From the NCBI GenBank assembly GCA_000091205.1, contig AP006501.2: DNA of 64,000 bases; one strand, written 5' to 3'. The translations under genes were made by a program, and so were the position numbers. The stretch is from Cyanidioschyzon merolae. Its lineage: Eukaryota. The notes beneath the pieces were generated by a model, which did no database searches, had not been told where the DNA came from, and was given only the letters and a program-made list of their open reading frames with translations. This document shows, one piece after another, positions 43,601-51,873 of this stretch. The first letter of the stretch is position 1; every line of letters begins with the position of its first letter.

Positions 43601-44336
43601 GTGGCGACTGGGCGCCAGACCTGATCGGGTCTGGCTCTTTTCGTGGCGCGTTCAGTACGACCGGTATCTGGGAATTTTGTCTAGAGTCATTGGTTTTGCG
43701 CTCGTGTAGTGCAGTGAGACGACGGCGTCGGCGCGCGCGAGCGTCCAGCATCATGCTCTTTCGCGATGCCGCGGGCGGCCGCACAAGGCCTACGAGCGAA
43801 TGCCGCGGGTCCCAGGTCTTCCATCCCTGGCCGGGTGGCCTCGTGCCCGGTGCGACTGACTCGCACATGCTTGAGATGCTGTGGCTTTCAGCACGACGGA
43901 AGAGCGAGCCGTGTGAGCTGGTGTCTCGACAATCGTCGGACGGAGCAGCAATTGAGGGTGTTTCGCGACTTGGACCTCGACAGCCATCGGATGATTCACT
44001 TGCTGGCAAATGATATGACGCCGCTACCTTGAAGCGTTGCGGTTCTGCTGGCGATGCAGCGGCACTGGCGACGTTGTTCGTGTCGGGCATTGTGGTGTTC
44101 CCCAGCGAGTCAATGGCGTGATCAAGCGCGCTTCTTGCCGCCGCCGCCGCCGCCTCGTGACTGCTAGTCGGAATCTCTGGCAACCTTGTCGCACACGCGC
44201 GAATCGTCCGTTGGAACCGAACGATTTGTGCTTCATATTCGCCCAGTAGAACAGCCTGCTGTTGCTCTGCAATGTAGTGGAGCGCATGAATGGCGTCCAA
44301 AACTGTCCGCTTTCGAAAAGCGTCGCGCGTAGACAT
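37635..44336 (-). CDS. INCENP: Giant (2233 aa) INCENP-like chromosomal-passenger protein with an internal PHD finger and a C-terminal IN-box. Mostly disordered, Ala/Ser/Pro/Arg-rich
   Basis: C-terminus IPEWARSHRLYGALIEQTRVDPDTIFPRVHTCDLVDIFGGGTNRPRYRRRTSSGDWV matches the INCENP IN-box that binds Aurora B (human: IPSWA...VDVDQVFG...[21 protein letters not shown]). It is preceded by a charged single-alpha-helix stretch (RQRREEKRRRILEHQRRLALETERQQARL). PHD finger C4HC3 at aa ~521-566: CRRCKGMEDPHLMLLCDRCDDCFHTYCCRPPLDQVPQKDWFCEKC. Confidence 0.75.
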   Translation of the reverse strand: MSTRDAFRKRTVLDAIHALHYIAEQQQAVLLGEYEAQIVRFQRTIRACATRLPEIPTSSHEAAAAAARSALDHAIDSLGNTTMPDTNNVASAAASPAEPQRFKVAASYHLPASESSDGCRGPSRETPSIAAPSDDCRDTSSHGSLFRRAESHSISSMCESVAPGTRPPGQGWKTWDPRHSLVGLVRPPAASRKSMMLDARARRRRRLTALHERKTNDSRQNSQIPVVLNAPRKEPDPIRSGAQSPLPSSSSLERAAAAESDQFAFHDENNDQQLMQDERPNIPSERYAGTREQQRTPAPPESPLGSPASNAGQRQTNQRRGIRERAQRQDRRSHRSPSIQAAERAAPAETDALSIACGRSTRETAGRTSQATKRSRVQRKRAPPQHASEQEAQPVSPKRDAVLNAAAPALHGARASPVQRVGSARFSRPSSTCAADGAEADSGASAVPLRPKKRRDSGLARVAPSSETHANDLATRAPRATARRHQQSTADRARALALELLSPFSRAKAENRTPHKDETYCRRCKGMEDPHLMLLCDRCDDCFHTYCCRPPLDQVPQKDWFCEKCAPSAPNLSAAVDQPNTSRMTPMTNISLGQSTPEQTRRAPRAPMPRRRQRQAPPSRSRSGADKAARESSVIKRLAPASPERMPTRTRRRRRRPQDALQNTSLPPVSRGMASPRTASSKRAERQQSMHGARRATSRAPDTISPDQGRGANNRRSASLPEKSARLCNRSRPSLPVAISESLNGALPGLQTRVQIRDAHNVSFTSPCIIRTRNGAADAPHASAGIHQKQAATEQEPVPIEPSTAGEIHSNWTSAQADDSASAAGSASKALPSPRYDVHHPASTSAAHSESHPERRPSTSQARIDLAAAAAAAALVKQDPAEAASDPVHGSGTSSACPAAALAASPAALSDPQGENFAPAESTSVDPSGAAAADALRLPGPSTTPTTPRVESARLAVHGSSFVSQKAAAVSETPPSDMHHRQWTPPRGDIPSSGAAVEACSPCPKHLPTRSLVLGDVSPPSPRQPHDNGIADEDTAMRTEAASIPLATDPSSAFRCESMPAPAAEQPAAAQSPSPSAADSPLNPLSWCIQGQLPAALRFSPQHAPSENDVDGMAPDVGERCPGVRSSLEQVTGTVASSCEIPAESRAASGGGAAPRSSLQNVTENIADRARWQRMSIRASPAPTPKTGVSPSMSSRRRAASLQETRFAANVPSDSIRKHRSGSGTMSPSQMMSRASVTIDANSRTHCTVTNPGQDVATETIRGVQASLQAPAGNEWHTPGSLATRPAFDNASGHSPRMNAAEAGDEALPRTPAACSQTKERSLRTPASHLSSPVHRTAPNRRSSAMLSQSPPMRRSLVDPERNSAQLEYNEPQKVAAPEAIRTMMALTNGAQRAGSVTCSDFAAECHPSDHAESFSTENATETVRARRRSSVHRGAVAPITPLPLPTFARAQHALSASGNATTEASAVDAQASAAMRQLGTSSALPENSAYTMEGVTASQAQMKGTRERSASLSPGRHTMHPGRGSASPAPAHRPVAAFAMAPIDSVASPEQVYRARCASPTASGPGSFVNATDIEGQIFQLEQTLECDPKLATVPSDDNGALAENADAIRAGSCGQDAANGRVGNPDCAADAAQQPAVASDSSSVAMPSCAAPVELAPSAAAAAAAASLVPDSGQATTANAKLARPSRPRSPLSAAGASDQQARRSRSRSPSDATNAIDGSFHALERSQTATEMLLSVRRAPAASTSVAYDGYDAHALRLADPKRAPAAVDETIMPPAHASGTPMPHHTLYAAAAPGGERQPGPGGAPGGVSSRLSRTEALRTRIERLRAMRAGALPVCPSPSRIEAVGAAGDRSSTVQHEMCEDRHRTGRSTSRAAPSPPLEQDVSGYGLPGNAAVATASATISAGAVSTRQTHSPARMQVEPLQNATELQATGTNSVLKPSPNKAWATLGHARSSPSRYRIVIATMPQSSKRVRGASPSPETLKSRMDQRASPNCVPASLKQPTAVDTTSLTPVSATPSRTAVKPLVDLNGNPSPRQAPVDAEAPLDVQDAYRQRREEKRRRILEHQRRLALETERQQARLAPLRQQQVVASGLLKSHGTKPASQIAAAAAAAAAAAAADEAPAEYPLTPERHHSADASDDESAAVPAAKRHLIPEWARSHRLYGALIEQTRVDPDTIFPRVHTCDLVDIFGGGTNRPRYRRRTSSGDWVRDRLTWREEAAYRKALGFDP
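37638..37880 (-). other. IN-box (Aurora-kinase-binding) module at the extreme C-terminus of the INCENP-like ORF
   Basis: RPRYRRRTSSGDW with upstream DIFGG and IPEWA motifs, in the canonical order and spacing. Confidence 0.75.
42640..42778 (-). other. PHD zinc-finger module inside the INCENP-like ORF
   Basis: Cys4-His-Cys3 spacing read directly from the minus-strand translation. Confidence 0.8.
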
Positions 44337-46733
44337 TGGCGCTCACAACTCGAAAGCCCACTAGCGTCCTCTTGTACCGCGTAAAAGGTATGTTTCTCCT
44401 GGTCGAAAGCCGGTTGCTTGGACAAGTTCGAAGCACGTCACTCCGAGGCGGCGCCACGGTACTGCTGCCAAGTCCCGATAGCACAGCGAGGTCGAGCGGT
44501 GCTGAAACGACACGCAGCGGCGACGTGCAAACGCGCGGCCTTACACAACTGTCTTGTTCGCTCCCGTGCCCTGATGACTCGGCACACAAAGCTGCCTCTG
44601 ATGTCTGCTGCCCGTTCACGTTACGCTCGTGCTCGGCGAGCAGCGCGATCCCAGGTCGCAGCGTCGAACAGTCCCGGAGCGCAGCGATACGCCCACACGT
44701 GGCGTTGGAAGCGCCGGCTCTCCTGGAGTTTAGCAGGCGGTAAAACAGGGCGATAACGCCCCGGATCAAAGAAGGGCTCTGTCTGGTGCAGATAAACTCG
44801 ACAGGCCCGTTCAGTGGGGGGAGAAGAGCTCGACGCACGCGCTCGATGCCGTCCGAGCGCGGAACGTGGCTCGCCTTCTCGGTGCAGGGACACACTGGGT
44901 GCCGCAGCCGGCAGCGCGAGGCGGCCGTCTCCCACGATGATGCGATCGCGTCGGGAATTCAAATCGACGGATGCGAGGTTCAGGAGAGGGTCTGGTTTAT
45001 TCATTTATGTTCGCTTATGTCTAGTATGCTCCCAGTGATGCGAGGCAGCCGTGGTGGTACGCGTTCAGCGTGGCTGCGTGATCCACGGAGCGCGGGCCGA
45101 TATTTCTGATGACGAAACGATAACCATTGACCATGGATCCCAGAATTCGGGATGGATGGATGTATAATGGCTCTTGAAAAAGTGTCCATGATGAACCACC
45201 TACCTTCAAGTTCCAATAGCTATACTTCCTCTCGGATTTACTGGTCGTTTCGTATGTTCTATCGAGCGCCGAGTGCCTGCTGTGGGCACCCGCCGAAGCG
45301 CTTCCACCGCTGCAGCAGATGCTGCACGGCGACAGAACAGCTTTGCCATACCACTGAGAGCGTCGGCTCGAGACGTGGTTCATTCGATACGGGGCCGGAG
45401 TACATAGTAATTCTGGGAGCCTGCGACAGCGCGAACCGATCTACCAGGAGTCCACTGCGACCAGTGCGATGCCCAGATGCAGCTTTCCTGCGTCTAGTCC
45501 CAGAATGAACTGCTTTGCGAACGAGCTGCGCGGGTCTCTCCACAGCACCTGCCACTGGAGGGAGCATGAAGCACTCGTCTTGCAGACTCGTCCGGCTCGC
45601 GGACCTTCCGCTTAGGAGATTCACGTTCGGCAATGTAGAAAGCTTTCCATTCTTATAACGTTTATCGTAGCGCGACCCGATGTCGTTGGTGGTACTGGCG
45701 CTGCCAAGCCCCGGAGTCCCGACTGCTGCCCCGGTATTTTCGGGACGACGGGGATCGATATTCAAGGAGCATCTGCAGTGTGATCATGATTTTGAACAGC
45801 GAGCCTGGCAAGGCCGCTTTCGAAGTGCCCCCAGCCGCTGCACCGTGGCACGGCTCGCGAATCGGCCGCTCCAGACGTTGCCTCTGGAGGTTGCGTTGAA
45901 TAAAAAACCGCAGTTCCTGTCCAATATCCTGAGAAAATCAGGATTATCACGAATCGCATGTATGGTTGCGTACAGAGGCGCTTGACGCAGTGTTCGGCGA
46001 CTGCTCCTGCGTCGTCGTGGACCTAAGAAGCGACGTTCGCAGCGCCTACCGCCGCGACTAGTATGGATACGCATCCGGCAGAGCGATGAATCCCTCGTAT
46101 ACGGGTAATCGCCAGCCAGCGGCCGGGATCCAATCATTACGATGCTTTTGCAGTCGACTCCTGTGGGCGCTCCCAGGGTTCGCATGCACTGTGTATCGTG
46201 CACATGCCCCGGTGCTGATGAGCGCTGGAGATGCCAGCAACTGGCAGCGTCCATGCATGCAAGGCATTCTGATCAGATTCAAGTATTTTTGGAAGATGTG
46301 CGGTTGCGGAATCGAACGGGGGATCTGCAGGTGCGCGATCTTTATCGGCATCGAGGGAGGCATCTATCATGCAGCAGTAGCGCAGAGTTTCATGGATCAC
46401 CACCTAGGCTTCCACTCGAAAAACATAGTCCATTCATACAAGCTTGTAGGTGCCGAGCCGACGATGAGTGCGTATAAAGACGCCAGTAGCACCGTTCAGG
46501 ACACTGCACGGAAGCGGAAGGGTTTTGGCGTTCCCGCGCTGGTGCGTCATCTCAAAGAGATGCGCGGATCCTATGTTGTAAACGTGACTGTGCAAGTATC
46601 GCAGCAGTTTAGGCCAGCAAACGGAACGACACGCGCGACTTTCGAGCATTTACACCCATACCAGATAAGAATGGTATGGGTAGATTCAATTCACAAGGGC
46701 ATCTACGCTAGAGTCCGGTCTCCAAGCATTGTC

Positions 46734-48024
46734 ATGAACACCAGGCTGTGCGGGATTTTTCTCCAACTGACTCTTTTTCCTCTTTCTCGTATCCGGCATG
46801 AAACACGCTGGTCACGGTTTCGCTCCAGCGCCGTTGTAGGCATGCAAACGATGTTGATGGCAGCGTGCAAGTCCCGATTTCGCCGATGCCGGCTCTCGTT
46901 CAAGCATTTCATTCGCACTCAACAATACCGCAAGCAACAGATCCTCTTTGTGTACCGTGTAGACGCGCAGCTCGCACCGGTGTCACTCGACTGTGGTCAG
47001 GTGTTCCTGGAGGTCCGTCGCAGCGCCTCATGCTTCGAGCGCTGCACACGCGCCGGACCAGTGCAGAGGCCTCGCTTCGATGCCGTCCTCCGGTTCCGCG
47101 CCCGGTGCCGTACCCTGCGATCATGGGCTTCTTCTGGGTAAGACCTTCGGCGAGGACTCTGTCTGATGCATGCGCACGGGCACGCTGATCCCGTCGATAA
47201 CGTTTGCGTCGGACGCGATGTTGCTCATGATGAAACAAGCACTGAAATGGAAATCGACGCTCGAGGATACGTCGACGACTTTTGCGCTGTCTACGCCGCC
47301 TCCATGTTGGGCGCTGACGCATGCTCCTTTGTGAGCGATCGCTGCGATGACTCGATTCCGATCCCAAGGCTCTCGCCGATGCAACCAGAAGCGTCGAGCG
47401 TTTCTGTGGGCGCATCCCGTGACAACTGTGATGCTGCTGTCGGAGGCCTTTTCGATGAAGGCCACAAAGAAAGAGGCACTTGCGTATCGAACGGAATCGA
47501 TGTGTTGAGGAGGCGAGCTCCGCGAACGCTCGGCAACAGCTCGTCATACAGTCGCTTACGGACGACGGCAGTTCTTTTGTGTCGTCGTCACCATCATCGT
47601 CGTCGTCGTCGTCGTCGTCATACCAGCAGCGCAAATCGCAGTGTCCATGAGTTGCTTTGAGGTACGCGCACCGCATTGCTGCAGAAAGCGTGATTTGACC
47701 AGAGCAACCGTTAGGAAACGAAAAGAGTGAACGCGTGTGCGAATACATTGGATCCTGGTATCGATTGCTTTACGGTGCCCTGCTCGAAGGTGCCGTATGT
47801 TGTTTTCATGACGATGACGGAAGGAATTTCAGCACCAAGGATTCGGAAAAGCACACCCCGAGAAGACGCCCCAGAGTCTTAAACCTGCGTCTGTATCCGT
47901 GAGCCCGTATGGCTGCGCTGCGAATATCGAGGATTGTGATGTAAAAAAGTTCGATGAAAACATCAAGGCAGGAGCAGAGCGCGCACTTCAGTGTTCCCTA
48001 CAACCCTTATACGAGTGCAGGCCT
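46734..48024. repeat. Copy B of the 1.3-kb dispersed duplicate (see 33068..34362)
   Basis: Near-identical sequence. The (GTC)n run is one unit shorter than in copy A (D9 versus D10). Confidence 0.85.
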
Positions 48025-48585
48025 GCGTTACAAAGCACCCTTGCATCACGCAACGGAAAGGATATGGAGTATCCACTAGTTAAAGGCTCTTTTAGCGATC
48101 TTGAGAAGAATGTTTTCACTGATGTAAAAGCTCGGTTACGGTAAGGCATTTTCTATCAATTTGACGAGCTATTGGAATATCTGCAGCTGAAAAGGGAAAC
48201 ACGCTGAAATCCGGCATGCAAGACCGCGTTTCCAAAATCGTTAGCTATGATACAGGATGAGAAATCCTCACAATCAATGATGACAACTACCCTCTGCACT
48301 CATCGACATACCAAGGGACTGTCACGAATTGAGTGAGCCTATGGGAGTCGCGGACAGGCCTGCTCGGCCTGGTCCGGGTCATATTCACGTGCTTTCAGAA
48401 ATATGTTACGAGCTGGTGCCAACACGTATCCAGGCAAAGCTCCAAGCGCATGAGCAATATCTCACGAAAGCGCGGGGCACCTGGATGTCGGTAAGGTCGC
48501 GCCCTGCACGCCCCGGTCATGCACTGACGATTTTGCCGTTCACGGGCGTTCTCGCATGCAGACCAAGTCAACAAAACAGGAGCAC

Positions 48586-49536
48586 TTAGCTATGATCAGT
48601 CGGTACGATGCCCTCTACCGATACAGGTTTTCCGTCGCAGGTGGCGGCTTCGGCGGTCCGCTCTCGCTCACAGGACGCAAGCTCGCTCTTGCGTACGAAA
48701 CGGCCCTTGTAACGCGGTCGAGCCTCTGCTAGCTCTTTGCGGCAAACGTAGCGAACAGTTTTCCAACATTTCCGTTGCCGTTTCTTCTCACGATACCGGA
48801 TGTACGCTCGGTAACGATGTTCTCGAGCAGTCCATGGGCCGCCCACACGACTACTGCTGTCCACTCTGGGTACCAAGGACCGAGCCTGCTCGCTGCCGTC
48901 CGCAACGTCTCCGCTGCCGTGACATGGTCGACCGTTCTCAGCCGAAAAACATGAGATCGATGCAGCCGTGTAACTTCGACGTGACTCGCCGTCCGAGGCA
49001 CCTGAATCTAAAGGCGCCGAACTGAACGAACGGTCCCCTTCAACGACGCCGGCTACAGCGGAGCTCACGAGCTCGTCAAGCAACGGCGAAGTTGGCGCTA
49101 GCCAAGGCACTTGCTCGAGACTGAGCGGCGAGAAGCCCCTGCGGTCCATTCCACTTCCTTCAGGTTGCGCGTCGTCGGCACGTACCTGCGAGCGCGGAGA
49201 TCCCTCGACGCTGACGAGGCTCGCGTAGCTACCGGCTGTCGGACGCGCAGCTGCGCGTTCCAGTGCATGACTCTGAGAAGTTAGTCCTTGTGAGGGTTTC
49301 TGGTTGGCTCCGGGTCCACTGGACTCATGCAACACAGGCCCAGCGGTGCCCTGGTTGTCTCCGGGCAAAAAAAGCGACTCCAGGTCCGCCCAGTCAAAGT
49401 TTCCGGTGTCAACACGTGGTGTGAGGAAGTCGTCGAACCCCGTAGGCGTTATCCACATGTTACCCCAGTGATCGTGCTTGCGTTCGGTACCAGGAAGCAG
49501 CACTTGCGTTCTCCCGTAGTGAGCAGGGCGTTGCAC
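48586..49536 (-). CDS. CCT-motif (CONSTANS/CO-like/TOC1-type) protein, 316-aa ORF. The CCT motif is near the C-terminus and the rest is disordered
   Basis: REHRYRAYIRYREKKRQRKCWKTVRYVCRKELAEARPRYKGRFVRK is a near-consensus CCT motif (consensus [37 protein letters not shown]). Nothing else in the ORF is recognisable. Confidence 0.7.
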   Translation of the reverse strand: MQRPAHYGRTQVLLPGTERKHDHWGNMWITPTGFDDFLTPRVDTGNFDWADLESLFLPGDNQGTAGPVLHESSGPGANQKPSQGLTSQSHALERAAARPTAGSYASLVSVEGSPRSQVRADDAQPEGSGMDRRGFSPLSLEQVPWLAPTSPLLDELVSSAVAGVVEGDRSFSSAPLDSGASDGESRRSYTAASISCFSAENGRPCHGSGDVADGSEQARSLVPRVDSSSRVGGPWTAREHRYRAYIRYREKKRQRKCWKTVRYVCRKELAEARPRYKGRFVRKSELASCERERTAEAATCDGKPVSVEGIVPTDHS

Positions 49537-50984
49537 AGTGTACCAGCGCCTGCCGCTACGTCAGAGGCCTCCAGACGCGTTGACCCCTGGGCCGCGTGCT
49601 GCTGCGCAGCAGGTTGCGCAGGGGCGTGTGTCGCGATGTCACGGAAGCGATCCGAGGAGTCACATTCGCGTTGAATCTGGCTGTTGAGCGACGTTGTACA
49701 TAAGGGACACAGCGTCGTCCGCACGCAAGCAGGCGTATCGAGCGCAGCGGAATTAATTTTACGCCCCGATGGGCGTTCAGTGCCAGCTCTTTGAAGAACA
49801 CGGTATGAAACTGAACTTTTTTGTCCTGATCCTGGTGACAGTCCTCTGGTACACGATTCATCTGAAAAACGGTATCATCATGCACATTCTTGGTCGTGAT
49901 CCTGGGCGCAGTCGCCCGGTCTACGATCCTATTTGATACAGTGCTGCCAGCAGCGGTCTTTGGTCTGCCATCCGACTCGTCGAAACGCACGCCGGGCCGA
50001 CGTATCAAGATCGTCCGGTGATATCGCTGCTGGTGCAGTCATGGTGCATGCATCCGCGCGTACTGGTCGGCATAGGAGGTTCGGTCGCTGCGTCTCTGAC
50101 GTTTACGGACGAATATAGGTCAAGTGGTGATTCGAAGAATCTTCTGGCGGAAAACACGTGCCTTCAACGGGACGTCTCTCGATGTGGGTTACCTTTGTGC
50201 GAAGCTATTCGTATGGATGCTGTTCTTCGCCAATCCTTGTGCAAGGAATCTGCGCTTATCGTGCAACGATGCAAGGACGGTTCGCGACCTGTATGTGCGG
50301 ATTTCGTCCACAGACGCTTGCACGCTGAACCACATCAATGGAAACTGCGGTTGCGACAAATGTGCACCAACTGAGCCGCGTGGTGCTCATGGTCAGGCCC
50401 CTGGAACCCTGGACGATCAAGATGATCCTATTTGGTGACAGGTTGATATCCAGCGCATCTCTTTGCGCGAGAATGACTTGGTGGCACTTGCATGAGGCAC
50501 GCTAAACGTAATCGTTCGCGGGAATCCAGTCAGTTGGACGTGCTGAATTTCGAAGCAGGACACTATGCAAAACGAAGCAAGTTCAGGTGTTCGGTTGTAG
50601 ATCAGGACGACACACGAAACATGGGTGCTGCATCGCACACGTATCTACTCTGTGGCAGCCTTGGACAAGAGTCGCCATTGGTTTAGCGTGATTGCTAGAG
50701 AGCGCTTGGATTACCAGGATGCCGTAGCCGGCATTCGTTGCTCCATCGAAGGTACACGGCTGGATTTCGCCAAGGCATTTTGCGGAGGCTGCGCTCCCGG
50801 CTCTTGACCCGCGAGCAGCGAAATGAAACAGCGAAACCGGTGATAATGGCCTGTTTGAGACCTGTGTAACAGACGCTGCTGGGAGCAACGCGGCAAGGCG
50901 GCCTCCTGCAAAATTCAAGCACCGATTCTGGTTGTGCGTCGAAGAGCTGACGAAGAAGTTTCTATGTATTCTTTGCGCACATGA

Positions 50985-51645
50985 AGCATACGGCATCCAC
51001 AGGGAAGGAGACCAAGGCTCAGATACACGAAAAGCATCGCATAGTGTACCCATAATGCATACCGTTTAGAAAATAGAGGAGATCAAGGCTCAGGTGCACG
51101 AAAAGCATCGCATAGTGTACCCATAAAGCATACCGTATAGAAAATAGAGGAGATCAAGGCTCAGGTGCACGAAAAGCATTGCATAGTGTACCCATAAAGC
51201 ATACCGTATAGAAAATAGAGGAGACCAAGGCTCAGGTGCACGAAAAGCATTGCATAGTGTACCCATAAAGCATACCGTATAGAAAATAGAGGAGATCAAG
51301 GCTCAGGTGCACGAAAAGCATTGCATAGTGTACTCATAAAGCATACCGTTTAGAAAATAGAGGAGATCAAGGCTCAGGTGCACGAAAAGCATCGCATAGT
51401 GTACCCATAAAGCATACCGTATAGAAAATAGAGGAGACCAAGGCTCAGGTGCACGAAAAGCATCGCATAGTGTACCCATAAAGCATACCGTATAGAAAAT
51501 AGAGGAGATCAAGGCTCAGGTGCACGAAAAGCATCGCATAGTGTACCCATAAAGCATACCGTATAGAAAATAGAGGAGATCAAGGCTCAGGTGCACGAAA
51601 AGCATCGCATAGTGTACCCATAAAGCATACCGTTTAGAAAATAGA
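50985..51645. repeat. Tandem minisatellite, 71-bp unit, about 9 copies. Ends ~230 bp upstream of the ADCK kinase start codon
   Basis: Unit gcatagtgtacccataaagcataccgtatagaaaatagaggagatcaaggctcaggtgcacgaaaagcatc. Period measured from recurring gcatagtgta at 51110, 51181 and 51252. Copies abut directly with no spacers. Confidence 0.9.
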
Positions 51646-51873
51646 GCATAGAGGCGATCGCGCTGCCTCCCGAATGGCAGCGTTACGCCCGGCGATGAGC
51701 CTCATGTTCTTATGAGTGCTGATCCAGGATTGCCGAGGAACCTCCTCCTGAGCCAACACCGGCGTTTGCACTACTTGCCCTTGTACGTCTGAAAACGGAT
51801 GGGCTGCTGAATTGCACATGAAGGTAGCATTTCTCAAAATCTGTAGGATAGCTAGGACGTTTGTGGCTGTTTT

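Noticed and set aside
33068-48024. Interpreting the 1.3-kb direct repeats as LTRs of a retrotransposon
   Set aside because: The 12.4 kb between them encodes UGPase and the INCENP-like protein, with no gag, RT or integrase. The repeat ends lack TG...CA termini and target-site duplications
50985-51645. CRISPR array (regular 71-bp periodicity)
   Set aside because: Units abut directly with no unique spacers. The context is eukaryotic (long intron-free eukaryotic genes, no cas genes)
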